Of a stretch of 64,000 nt of DNA, positions 27,851 through 38,005 are shown piece by piece. Numbering within the stretch: position 1 is the stretch's first letter; every line of letters starts with the position of its first letter. Position numbers and translations under genes: made by a program. The notes under the pieces were generated by a model. The model did no database searches. It had not been told where the DNA came from and saw nothing but the letters and a program-made list of their open reading frames with translations. The DNA comes from a virus (Duplodnaviria; Caudoviricetes), in the IMG/VR virus record IMGVR_UViG_3300017791_000207, positions 32,001 through 96,000 of that record; one strand, given 5' to 3'.

Positions 27851-28498
27851 TCATAAATTATCCTCAATCCATTCATTGACCATTTTCTCAAAATGTGGTA
27901 ATGCATACTCATCAATTCCGCAAGCATTCATGACATGTTGATCCCAACTTTGACAATCAGTTAATACCTTGGTAATTAATCCTTCTACTTCCTCCCTACT
28001 AAAGGTATCTTTCTGATACTTGATATTGATAAAATTATTTATTACTTGAAGGTCGACTGGGTTTGAGCACCAAATTTCTTTATCTTTATCGTACCAACCA
28101 TCGCTGTTAGAAGACCACTCCACCATTACATCTGTAATAGGTTTCTGCTCATTATAAGCCTTAATAAAGGTCTTGATAAACTCTTCGGGTATCAAAGGCA
28201 AGCCGAGGGTAGAATCTGTAGTAGCGATGATTTTTTTGAAATTAAGTGAATGACCTAATCCCATTCCACTTAAATCCACATGCTTACACACATTCATATA
28301 ATCATCGGTGATATAGTCACCTTCTTTAATAGGTTCACTTGATAAAATGTAAAGGTGCTGTTGCGAAAATCCGTTAGAATGAGGCACTCTCCTAACTGTA
28401 GGATATAGCTGTAATTGATCAATATTTCCCTCTTTAAGTAATACTAAGTTACTTTCCCTTTGGGTAGGTAACAAAACTACCTGACATTTCTTATACAT
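27851..28498 (-). CDS. Hypothetical phage protein
   Basis: QHLYILS.E.IKEGD...KIIATTD..L.LP.IP..FI..FI motif common in Bacteroidota phages. Confidence 0.65.
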   Translation of the reverse strand: MYKKCQVVLLPTQRESNLVLLKEGNIDQLQLYPTVRRVPHSNGFSQQHLYILSSEPIKEGDYITDDYMNVCKHVDLSGMGLGHSLNFKKIIATTDSTLGLPLIPEEFIKTFIKAYNEQKPITDVMVEWSSNSDGWYDKDKEIWCSNPVDLQVINNFINIKYQKDTFSREEVEGLITKVLTDCQSWDQHVMNACGIDEYALPHFEKMVNEWIEDNL

Positions 28499-28500
28499 AA

Positions 28501-28725
28501 TTAATGTTTGAATGATAAGTAAATGGTGTTATTGTTAACTGAATCACAAACCAAGGTATCACCTTTTTCGATGGCTTGATATTCTTCGGGTAAACAGAGA
28601 AATATATTTCTCCCTGAAATGCATTTTACTTTAGGTAAATCAACTTTAATCTTACTTTTCTCTTTAATCAGTAGAGATGTAAGCAAGCCTACAATAAGGC
28701 ATAAAATTAAGGCAAAGGTTTTCAT
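28501..28725 (-). CDS. Small membrane-anchored protein
   Basis: N-terminal hydrophobic helix. Confidence 0.5.
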   Translation of the reverse strand: MKTFALILCLIVGLLTSLLIKEKSKIKVDLPKVKCISGRNIFLCLPEEYQAIEKGDTLVCDSVNNNTIYLSFKH

Positions 28726-28726
28726 A

Positions 28727-29113
28727 TCAATACCAAATTAATTGATCAGATACTATTTCGTTTCCATACTCTGAAATGAAGTATTTAGCACCTTTGGGAA
28801 TATACATAATCACTATTTTTCTATTGTTAAATTGCGTCATAGATAAAGCTCTTCTTTTTGTGAGGCAAGCATGTAGACCTCTACTAATCTCTAATTCGAT
28901 ATAGTTAGACCAACGTTTTTTCATTCTAATATTAAAGGCTCTACCTGTCTGATAATAATGTTGCCCCTTTTCGAATTCAAAATACATAAATGGACTTTGA
29001 TTACGCTTAGTTAATACTTTATACACCTTTATATCTTTGTTGGCTATAAGAGGGTTATTTTTAGCGTGTAATGCCTCTTTATTTGTTGGGTAAGCTAAGG
29101 TGGTTAAACACAT
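28727..29113 (-). CDS. Hypothetical phage protein
   Basis: MCL...A.KDI.VYK...GLHA...IPKGAKY...EIVSDQL pattern. Confidence 0.65.
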   Translation of the reverse strand: MCLTTLAYPTNKEALHAKNNPLIANKDIKVYKVLTKRNQSPFMYFEFEKGQHYYQTGRAFNIRMKKRWSNYIELEISRGLHACLTKRRALSMTQFNNRKIVIMYIPKGAKYFISEYGNEIVSDQLIWY

Positions 29114-29249
29114 AGTAATTAGTTTAAAAAGATAAAGAATGATTTATGACAAATCCAAATACTACCAGGTTTATGAATTAAACCATTGATAAGAGGACAT
29201 TTAAGAATTGTTTGTACTATCGGAAAGGATAGCAGTATGTTTTGGTGTT

Positions 29250-29651
29250 TCATTGTTCAAAAACATTTTCAGGATTTTCGCGGATATACTTTGCAATTTC
29301 AGGCCATGTAACCCCATCATCATTCATGGAAGCAAGGGAATTGTGAATTTTTCCATTTATTAATACTTCAGTGCCGAGACTACCAACATTAGATTTTAAC
29401 CCAAAAAGGGAAGAGGAGTGTGTTAAGGTTCCTGTCCAAAATTTGTTATCCTCAATAAGACCTGAATTATTGAATAATTTGGATATCGGTTTATTTTCAA
29501 TCTCGTAACTACATAACAACAATTGCCCAAGGCAACAAGCTGTATATTTTTCAGGTGATCCGCTGCCAAGGACATCTTTTCCTTGTCGTTCAGGATGCTT
29601 TTCTAAGGTATCTAACCAAAGAAGCTGTAATGGTGTGAATTGATAGCACAT
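29250..29651 (-). CDS. Hypothetical protein (paralog of 32911-33333)
   Basis: CCLG and SLAS.ND....EI motifs shared. Confidence 0.6.
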   Translation of the reverse strand: MCYQFTPLQLLWLDTLEKHPERQGKDVLGSGSPEKYTACCLGQLLLCSYEIENKPISKLFNNSGLIEDNKFWTGTLTHSSSLFGLKSNVGSLGTEVLINGKIHNSLASMNDDGVTWPEIAKYIRENPENVFEQ

Positions 29652-29655
29652 AGTT

Positions 29656-29877
29656 TTATTTTTTAATGGTTAAATCAATAATATCCGTACCTTCTACTTC
29701 AAGGAATGAGATATATGTTTGTGTTTCCGTTTCAGTAATGTGAATTTTCGGGAAATAACGTTTCAAACCTTCGATATAAGCAGGAATCATCAACGGATCA
29801 ATAGGTAAAAGATCTTGTGCTACTTTACGTTTCTCTGTTTCAGTTATGTAACTGATTTGTATTTGATTGAGTGCCAT
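29656..29877 (-). CDS. Hypothetical protein
   Basis: ORF in early-gene array. Confidence 0.5.
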   Translation of the reverse strand: MALNQIQISYITETEKRKVAQDLLPIDPLMIPAYIEGLKRYFPKIHITETETQTYISFLEVEGTDIIDLTIKK

Positions 29878-29910
29878 AATGAAAAATGTATTTTTCTGAT
29901 ACTTGGAGTT

Positions 29911-30222
29911 TTAAAATTGTTCGTCTTCGCTCATTGCATAACCTTGGAACATCATAGACGCTTCATTATACGCATATTCAGCCATATAACTATGTTTGTT
30001 ATATTTGTGCAAAGACCTTAAGATATCTATTATTTGTCGACATTTCTGAACTTCTTTATCATGCTCATAACCATGCGTTTCTTCGCAATCTGACCCCATG
30101 TTTTGAAGTAAGACATATATCATAGTGTATTCGGGCATGTCAAAGTATTCCGACACTTGATGATAAACCTTATTGAAGTCTCTTAAATCCCTCTTGAATT
30201 GCTTTAGTGTTATAGGTTGCAT
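29911..30222 (-). CDS. Hypothetical protein
   Basis: ORF in early-gene array. Confidence 0.55.
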   Translation of the reverse strand: MQPITLKQFKRDLRDFNKVYHQVSEYFDMPEYTMIYVLLQNMGSDCEETHGYEHDKEVQKCRQIIDILRSLHKYNKHSYMAEYAYNEASMMFQGYAMSEDEQF

Positions 30223-30224
30223 GA

Positions 30225-30593
30225 TTATTTGTTTTGAGTGTTATACCATTTGATAAACTCTACTACTGCATTGTAAGTAACTTGTATTTTAGAATCGCCA
30301 TTTGCAGGTATATCCACAATTTGTACCCATTTTACAGGATCTTTCTTCATTATAGAGACCTCTTCTTCAAATATAACCACTTGAAAGGCATTTCCACACT
30401 CCATATATGGTAAGTTCTCTATCTTTTCAACTACAGGCATTAACCAATCCCATGAATTGTGATAGAGTTTGTAATTAGCATCAATGTAGACATCATTTCT
30501 ATGCCCTATTGCATATAAATCATCCTTCGCGCTGAAAACAATTGCTTCGTAATCATCGCCCATAAATTCAGCAATCAGTTTATTATCTTCCAT
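30225..30593 (-). CDS. Hypothetical phage protein
   Basis: NKLIAEFMG...YHNSWDWLMPVVEKIE...YNAVVEFIKWYN, a recurrent Bacteroidota phage motif set. Confidence 0.7.
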   Translation of the reverse strand: MEDNKLIAEFMGDDYEAIVFSAKDDLYAIGHRNDVYIDANYKLYHNSWDWLMPVVEKIENLPYMECGNAFQVVIFEEEVSIMKKDPVKWVQIVDIPANGDSKIQVTYNAVVEFIKWYNTQNK

Positions 30594-30597
30594 CTTA

Positions 30598-30909
30598 TTA
30601 AGGTTTTACAGGTTTAGAAATATCAATTAAAGAACCTTCCCACACATTACCATTAAGGTACCAAACACCCTTTCTTTGGCTAATAGATAAACCAGGAATC
30701 CCGTTTAATCGTTCTTTGGTAGTATTACTTTCCCAACCTGCATTTGTTATGGAAATGATATTTTCGGGATCATTGTATTTATAGTCAATCTCATTACCAT
30801 GCAAGGACATTACTGTTACATTTGGTAGTACTTTAACCTCTGTATTAGAAGATTTAAAGTTTTGGCCTTGTATAAAGGCATTGACAGCATTTTGTGTTAT
30901 CTTTATCAT
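30598..30909 (-). CDS. Hypothetical phage protein
   Basis: LHGNEI...AGWESNTTKERLNG motif common in phage early genes. Confidence 0.65.
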   Translation of the reverse strand: MIKITQNAVNAFIQGQNFKSSNTEVKVLPNVTVMSLHGNEIDYKYNDPENIISITNAGWESNTTKERLNGIPGLSISQRKGVWYLNGNVWEGSLIDISKPVKP

Positions 30910-31013
30910 GATATGTTATATTTAGTTCTTTTAACTCTTGAAGAAATTGTTCTTTCATGACCTTTTATTTTAAGGATAAAATATTGGCAATTAGTTGTTA
31001 AAAATGCCAATTA

Positions 31014-31487
31014 TTAGTTGGTGCGATATAGGTAATAATCACATGCATTTACAGTTTGTTCAATTTCAATACCATCATAAGTGGCTAATTGAGAACCGCG
31101 ACCATCATAACTACAATCTTTTGCAAATGCCTCTCTATCAAAGTAATTATGGTATTGGTCAGGTATTCCAGATAAAATACAAGCGTCAATAAATGAATCT
31201 ATTGATTCTTCCCATGCGTTTTCGGCCTCTGATTCGTCTAAAATCAAGTATCTTTCATTACCATAGGTATATAAATCATCAGTTACTTCTACTTCATTCT
31301 CAAAATCAATATAACCGTCTTGCTCAACAATCCACTCACTTACATCTAATGGTGTAACATCTTCGTTTAAATCTACATAAACATCGTAATCGGCCTGAGT
31401 AGCACCAAAATACAAAGTCTCATTATCATCCTCAATATAAGGAATGTCTAAATGTTGTGCTAATGCTAAAAGTTTATTCGTTTCCAT
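31014..31487 (-). CDS. Acidic ArdA-like anti-restriction candidate
   Basis: Strongly D/E-rich; C-terminal NYFDREAFAKD resembles the ArdA YFDYEAFARD motif. Confidence 0.5.
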   Translation of the reverse strand: METNKLLALAQHLDIPYIEDDNETLYFGATQADYDVYVDLNEDVTPLDVSEWIVEQDGYIDFENEVEVTDDLYTYGNERYLILDESEAENAWEESIDSFIDACILSGIPDQYHNYFDREAFAKDCSYDGRGSQLATYDGIEIEQTVNACDYYLYRTN

Positions 31488-31576
31488 AATAGTATGTTTT
31501 TGTAAAGGGAGAAATATATTTCTCTGAGATGGTGTAAAGATAATAAGGTGATTAATACAGTTGAGTTATTGAAATG

Positions 31577-31996
31577 TTAAAGGTATTTTTCAAATTGTGC
31601 CTTATCGAGGGAATACGCATTAATTATATCCCTTAGTCTATTATATCCACATATAGTTAACCCCGTATAATCCCAATTATCATAATTATCATGTAATTTC
31701 TGACAATCTCTAATAAATTCAGATTCAAAAAGCTTTAGCCAGTCAGGTAATAAGTCTGAATAATTTTTTAGGATGAGGGATACATCCGCACCATATGGAT
31801 TTATAGCATCAGCCATCATCTGATTTTCAGGTGTCATATGGCGACCTATCATGCAACCTTCCGATATACCCTCCTTTGTTGCATTTACAGGTGAATATTT
31901 ACAAAGACCCTTGTTAACACAAAGTCTATTTGTATCAGTAGTATAATAATCAAGTGCATCTAATAAGAATGCCTCCTTAGTCTCAAATGTTTTCAT
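31577..31996 (-). CDS. Hypothetical protein (paralog of 21115-21522)
   Basis: Likely start MKTFET; LLDALDYY...GCMIGRHM...QKLHDN..NW. Confidence 0.55.
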   Translation of the reverse strand: MKTFETKEAFLLDALDYYTTDTNRLCVNKGLCKYSPVNATKEGISEGCMIGRHMTPENQMMADAINPYGADVSLILKNYSDLLPDWLKLFESEFIRDCQKLHDNYDNWDYTGLTICGYNRLRDIINAYSLDKAQFEKYL

Positions 31997-31997
31997 T

Positions 31998-32321
31998 TTA
32001 TTTAGATTTAATGGTGAAATGTCTATGATGTTGATTAATAGTAATTTTGAAAGCGTCAATCAAAGCAATAGGTATATCGTAATAATGACCTATCCAATAA
32101 GCTTTCCTAATTACCACGGTATTTTTACCCTCTCTTTTAACTTTACGACGAAGTTTTTGCAAGGAATAAACACGGATCATATCCTTATTTCTGTTTAGGG
32201 ATGTGTAATAATTACCTTTATTGGAGAAAGTATACATATGACCTCTTGAAATAATAGTCAAAAGAGATGAATTTGTAGGGGCTGTAACCTTGGTAGGTTT
32301 GATATTTAGTCGGAATTGCAT
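31998..32321 (-). CDS. Hypothetical basic protein
   Basis: ORF in early-gene array. Confidence 0.45.
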   Translation of the reverse strand: MQFRLNIKPTKVTAPTNSSLLTIISRGHMYTFSNKGNYYTSLNRNKDMIRVYSLQKLRRKVKREGKNTVVIRKAYWIGHYYDIPIALIDAFKITINQHHRHFTIKSK

Positions 32322-32324
32322 TAT

Positions 32325-32738
32325 TTATAGATTTAGACTTTTAGTAAGGATTCGATAATAGAATGTATTCCTTTTAAAGGATTTATTCCAATCACCAAAG
32401 GATAAAGCTTTAATTGTAAACTCTTTGGCTTTATGAGAAGGGATTAATAACTTATATTTATAGGAATCCCGAATAATACCCATACAATCGTATATGGTAA
32501 TGCCTTTATCAAAGGTTACACCAAAATGTGTAGCTGATCCTGCATTATCCGATTTGCCTTCGACAAAAGCTTTATTATTCAAGTATTCCTCTTTACGGTC
32601 TGATTTTGACAATTGTACAATATCACAACCAAATAAATGGTGAAGATACCAAGCAGCACACAAACAGCCACCTTGATTAAGGTTTGGTATAAAATTAAGT
32701 AGGAATGAAACAATACGGAATTTAATTGGCATAATCAT
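32325..32738 (-). CDS. Hypothetical protein, possible papain-like Cys-His-Asp fold
   Basis: LNQGGC..AA, THF, IYDC spacing. Confidence 0.4.
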   Translation of the reverse strand: MIMPIKFRIVSFLLNFIPNLNQGGCLCAAWYLHHLFGCDIVQLSKSDRKEEYLNNKAFVEGKSDNAGSATHFGVTFDKGITIYDCMGIIRDSYKYKLLIPSHKAKEFTIKALSFGDWNKSFKRNTFYYRILTKSLNL

Positions 32739-32910
32739 AGATATTTACACCTATTAAGAGCATCTAAATACTCGTCATAAGTACCAATGAAGTAATATTT
32801 GTCACGTCTAGTTAGTAATTGAGTACGTATAGCAGCACATATCCCAAATACAGGTAATAAGTAGTTGTATTGTTCCTTAGTTAAGGAATAGGAATTATCT
32901 CTCATAATAC

Positions 32911-33333
32911 TTAATTTAAAGGGTAATCTGATAAGGGTTTAAATGGTGTATCTTCACCGCCTTCAATCCACCCTCTATTTAAGATTAATTGTCCTATTTC
33001 TTGTGTGGTTAATTTAGTTGAATCATTTAAAGAAGCTAGTGAATCAGTTTCTTTTGGTGTTTTTACAAGAGGTACTCCACAATTATCATAAAGGCCTAAC
33101 AGATCCATTAATTCACGCGGTGCAACGGCTGAACTCCTTACTCCGTAGTAAACAGTATCATCTTCTACAATTCTATTAATACCAAATATATTACATCCAT
33201 GCCCTAAACAGCATCTTTCATTAGGGTTGTGTGGATTTTCTAAGTGGCCTATGAACTTTATTCTATGTGGTTCTAATAAACCATTGGCAAATTTTAACCT
33301 GTTTTCTTTGATTTGTTGACGTGTGAAATTCAT
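32911..33333 (-). CDS. Hypothetical protein (paralog of 29250-29651)
   Basis: RCCLGHGC, SLASLNDS. Confidence 0.6.
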   Translation of the reverse strand: MNFTRQQIKENRLKFANGLLEPHRIKFIGHLENPHNPNERCCLGHGCNIFGINRIVEDDTVYYGVRSSAVAPRELMDLLGLYDNCGVPLVKTPKETDSLASLNDSTKLTTQEIGQLILNRGWIEGGEDTPFKPLSDYPLN

Positions 33334-33394
33334 AATATAATAGTTTTAAAAGATAAATTGTAATGGTTTAAAGAGAAACTAAATGGTAGAATAC

Positions 33395-33652
33395 TTATTT
33401 TAGAGGTACATAAACATGCCAATTATACCTTTCTAACCTATCAAAGAGGAATTTAACAGCATCTACCATTGCTTCTTTATCCGTATAATCTGCACCATAA
33501 CTATGGTGCGCCTGTTCCTCATACCCTTTCATCTTGGCAAATAAGGTTCGGTTTTCAGATAGCCTAAAAGTAAATAAGGCGTTTACTATCGCTTCTTTGG
33601 AATCACCTGCAACAAAATCATTGTTTGAAAAGTCTATAGCTACTATTTTCAT
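33395..33652 (-). CDS. Hypothetical protein
   Basis: ORF in early-gene array. Confidence 0.55.
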   Translation of the reverse strand: MKIVAIDFSNNDFVAGDSKEAIVNALFTFRLSENRTLFAKMKGYEEQAHHSYGADYTDKEAMVDAVKFLFDRLERYNWHVYVPLK

Positions 33653-33656
33653 TATA

Positions 33657-34040
33657 CTATGGTATTAAAAGGTGTGTATAATCAGGTAATAAAGGTTGAA
33701 AGTAATAGAAACAATCATAATAAGCATCTAATATTTCACCCTTATGAAAGGTATTACCAAGCGTTTCATCAATTGTTATAGTAATAGTTAGATAATTAGG
33801 TTCTAACTGATCAACCATGAAATACTCATAAGAACTTATATCGCAGGAACAACTAACTTTAAAACCTCTGTATTCCCGTCGATAATCGGAAATAAGATTT
33901 TGGCAAGTATTCCATGCCTCTATACTATCAGCACCCCAATTAATATTGGTATAAAAATCAAAGAACGAATCATTTTCACCATGCACAATATCACAATCAA
34001 CTTTCTTTTGTAGTCTATCTACTAGTTCTCTAAGGTTCAT
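33657..34040 (-). CDS. Hypothetical protein
   Basis: ORF in early-gene array. Confidence 0.55.
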   Translation of the reverse strand: MNLRELVDRLQKKVDCDIVHGENDSFFDFYTNINWGADSIEAWNTCQNLISDYRREYRGFKVSCSCDISSYEYFMVDQLEPNYLTITITIDETLGNTFHKGEILDAYYDCFYYFQPLLPDYTHLLIP

Positions 34041-34108
34041 AACGGAAAATGTTTAATTAAAGGATGTAAATAAAAATCTTACTAAGGGAGTATATGTAAC
34101 CTAAAAAG

Positions 34109-34315
34109 TTACAGGTTAGTAACAACTTGTAAACAATCACCAAATAGACCACATATATCACAACGTCTAAAGTCAACAGGTTCATCTACAATGGTAATAT
34201 AACCCTTATCGGCTTTCCATTCATCTAAGGTTATAACCTCGTCATCCTCCAAAGCTGAATAATCATCGTTAATCAAAGCACATGCATAGTGCTGATCTAT
34301 ATAGTAGAAGTTCAT
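34109..34315 (-). CDS. Small acidic Cys-containing phage protein
   Basis: ALINDDYSAL.D.E...F.RCDICG..GDC. Confidence 0.55.
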   Translation of the reverse strand: MNFYYIDQHYACALINDDYSALEDDEVITLDEWKADKGYITIVDEPVDFRRCDICGLFGDCLQVVTNL

Positions 34316-36290
34316 AAGTGTATGTTTTTATAATGTCACAAATAGCCTTTTGAGGGTTAAATACGACAGGTTATGCGATACCTTGCCGCCAAAAGCTCTT
34401 TTTCACCTCTTTTTGAAGGGTAAATTACCTTATTGAGGGCTAATAGTCCTTTTATTTAAGTCTCCCTAAATAAATTTTTAGATTAGTCTAAATCTATAAT
34501 TGATTAATTATCAAAGATTTAGTTCAATATTTCACCCTCAATAAAGTCCTCACCAATCATCTTACTAAATTTATTCTCACTTACCCGTAATATATCTCTT
34601 AACCTGTTGTTAGGATGATCTGTTAGAGCTTGTTTGATAGCTACTATACTTGTTTCAGCCATGATATTTAAGGTTAAACCTGATTTGAATACTATTGAAA
34701 ACTTTTTCATACCTTATTGATTTATTGTTTGTTATACCATTTACTTAACCTTATTTAAGGCTTTTATTCTTACTTATCCAGTAATCTATTAATGTTTGTA
34801 ACTCCTTAACCTTATCAAGGTATTTCTTTGGTATTCTGTTTGACCTTATGGTGTCAGGATTACCTGTTAACATTTCGCTGATTACTCGAAAATTAATGAT
34901 GTCCTTGCTACTTTTCATATTGTTTTGGTGTTTGATAACCTAATATATTAGGTCTGAATCTCCGTAAATGTGGGAGAAAATAACGTTTTTTCCGCTATCT
35001 AAACCCGTAAATACGGTAAAGTGCAAATATACACCTACTATTTCAATCCACCAAATTAAATACTAATCAACTTATCACCATTATACCACATTAAGACCTG
35101 TAATAAGGTAAATAATAGTATGGTTATAATTGTTACACCTGCGAATATTAGATCATTCTTTTTCATTTGTAGTCGTTTGTTGTCGGTTAATATTCAATAC
35201 AATGTTCACATAATAACTCTAGGAATGAATCAATTGTACAAAATAGTTGCCCCTCGTCATTAAGTTCCTGCTCTAGGTCTTCACTATAATCTACAGCCCC
35301 ACAAGTAACTACAAACCCGCCATTAAAGGGAATACAATCTACCATAACATAATCCTTTTTAGTTCTAGTAACCTTTAATAAGGTATCTTTATCAATGCTT
35401 TCGAGTATTTCGGGTAAATTAGATGATGTAATCATGATATGATATTTTAATTGGTACCTTCCCTCAATAAGGTAATATAAAACCTTACTAAGGGAAACGC
35501 ACCAGGTGAAATGCATTTCACTAACTAAGCCTAAACCCTTTTTAAATGTTGCTTAGTCAACGTAATATGTATATCTACCTCTTTTAAGGGTAATATAACC
35601 AAGTTCTTTATATAGTTTGGTATTTCTTACTTTGTTACCTTCGATAATTATATTCTCAGATATATAAAACTCCTTAATAAGATTTAATAGGTTTTCGATT
35701 GAACCTGATGAACATATCTTCATAACTTATTGGTTTTGTTTTTATTACGATGTTTATTTAACTTACCTTTAAATCTAAGGCTTTCACCTACTATTAAGGT
35801 AACGACTAATATTACTATGAGAATTATATACATGATAATAAGTTTTTAGTTCCCTGTTCCTATCGAAAGGACAAACGCAATACTAGGTAATTATACTTTT
35901 GGTATCCTTGTAAGGCTTTGCAGGGAAAATATTGTGGTTTGTATTAGTTCTCCGATTCTAAGTGATTTACAGTTTCTTACCCTCACCTAACTAAAGGTGT
36001 CGATCTTTCAATCTTATTTACAAGGTTTCAAACTCTAATACAATTTCTACTATTTAACCATATAGTAATGGTTTCTTTTTCACCTCGTCCATATTAATTA
36101 GGTCTTTAAGGTGTGGCTATTACAGTTATCTATTTAAGAGGTACAATTCCCTCACTGTAAGGCTGAAACTTTAGAGGCTCAACCAACCCCAAATATTGTT
36201 TTCAAATACATCTACTACGTTAGGACAATACACCACTTTAGTAGGGAAAAGCTGTTGAGATATATAGATATCTTGGCTGCTTTGTTAGAA

Positions 36291-36462
36291 CAAATATACA
36301 ATTATTAGTACACTAAAACCAAATTTATTTCGTTAAAAAAGTGTTATTAACAATTGATACTAAAGAACTTACAAAGGAAATAGTCTGTAGTAAATAGTTA
36401 CTCTTTAACTCCTTTGCTGATACAAATATAGCACATTTAACAGAGACAATCCAAATTTATTT
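36291..36462 (-). promoter_or_regulatory. Two tandem leftward sigma-A promoters heading the early arm
   Basis: TATATTTG at 36291-36298 and 36423-36430, each 21 nt from a TTTG inside the shared 12-mer ccaaatttattt. Confidence 0.75.
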
Positions 36463-36860
36463 TAGAATTAAGTTGATGTATATCAATAGATTATGTTAAA
36501 AATAACAAAAAAGGTGTACAGTATTTTACCAAATAATATCTATGAATTTTGAACCATGCACATAGGTATTTTATCAACCATTACAAAAACTTACTTTCCA
36601 AAGACTATCTATAGAAAGATCATTTTATTACATGGCTAATCAAATCTTTAAAAATAAGAATGACTTTTTATTTTGGCTGAATTGGCCTGTAATAGGAAAA
36701 TTGGCTTTGATCCTTTTGGCGGGATATACAGGCATGTGGAGTCTTGCCGTGGGCGGGTTGAATAGACCTATACTAACTTATCTTACATATACTAATTTTT
36801 AGAGTTATATTGTTGATAGGGGGATATAAGACTGATGTCCAAAATAAATGTGGGGTATTA

Positions 36861-36892
36861 TTTGTTTATTTCAAATTTTTATTCTACCTTTG
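36861..36892 (+). promoter_or_regulatory. Sigma-A promoter
   Basis: TTTG, 20 nt, TACCTTTG. Confidence 0.75.
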
Positions 36893-36914
36893 TAAGAAAT
36901 TAAAAAATAATAAA

Positions 36915-37856
36915 ATGGCTAGAGATTACAAAAGAAACAAATTTTCAGGTATTTATCTTATACGTAATAATAACAATGGTAAATGTTATGTTGGATCATC
37001 CGTACATATTCTTTATAGAATACAACTTCACCAGAGTAAGCTTCGCAATAATAAAAATAATCATCATCCATACCTACAAAAAGAATATAACGAATTTAAT
37101 GGTGAAAATTTTGAATTTATCATCTTAGAATCTTTTATCGAAGGTATTAGTCTCGAAGAACTAAGAGAAAAAGAGTGGAGTTACATGGAAGGGTACGAAA
37201 CATTTAATCCTGATAAAGGTTATAATCAAACTCATCCTGTGACTCGTGAACATTTTTATAAGTTACCAACTACTAGAACTTGTCGTTATAATCCTATAAT
37301 ATGTATTAGCGTAGATTCTATAATTGAATTTAGTAACTCACAAGAGGCTTCTGAAAAATTAGGGTTGATTAAAAAGAAGATAGAAGATTGCTGCTCTTAT
37401 TGGAATAATTTAGATTCCAGAAAAAGATACCTCAAGAAAAGTCATAAAGGTTATATTTTCGTTAAAAAGTCAATATACAATCCAGAATTTGATTATTTAA
37501 ATTATAAAAAAGATCCTGTAAGAACTGCTCCTCCACGCCCTAAAAAAGAAAGAGTTTATGAAAAAATAGAAAGAACCTATAGATTATCTCCTAATGCTAA
37601 ACCAATAAGATTAGAAAAAGATAGTGAATTTTTATACTTCTCCTCAATTAAGGAATGTGTAAGAGTGATGGGTATGTTAGATTCTAAAATAAGACATGCT
37701 CTTAAACAGGAGTATAAGCAACGCTCACACCATGGTTATTGGTTTAAGTCTATTACAATAGAAGAGTATTTAGAACATAGATGTTTTGATGATATAGTTT
37801 TACCTGAGAAATCAAAACATCTTAGGAATGTGACATCAGATACATTCCTCCCATAA
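36915..37856 (+). CDS. GIY-YIG homing endonuclease with NUMOD/HTH repeats
   Basis: SGIYLI...CYVGSS..I..R...H, E.E, GYN; start MARDYK after the promoter. Confidence 0.85.
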   Translation: MARDYKRNKFSGIYLIRNNNNGKCYVGSSVHILYRIQLHQSKLRNNKNNHHPYLQKEYNEFNGENFEFIILESFIEGISLEELREKEWSYMEGYETFNPDKGYNQTHPVTREHFYKLPTTRTCRYNPIICISVDSIIEFSNSQEASEKLGLIKKKIEDCCSYWNNLDSRKRYLKKSHKGYIFVKKSIYNPEFDYLNYKKDPVRTAPPRPKKERVYEKIERTYRLSPNAKPIRLEKDSEFLYFSSIKECVRVMGMLDSKIRHALKQEYKQRSHHGYWFKSITIEEYLEHRCFDDIVLPEKSKHLRNVTSDTFLP

Positions 37857-38005
37857 GGCAATTTAATACCTCTGATAAGATAGGGGGGACATTTTTATAA
37901 TAATCTAATTGGGATAGGGCTTTTTATATACCTATCTATAGGTATTTTTAGAAGATATATTAGTTAGTTCTTGGTAGTTTAAAATATTTACCATATATTT
38001 GCAGT

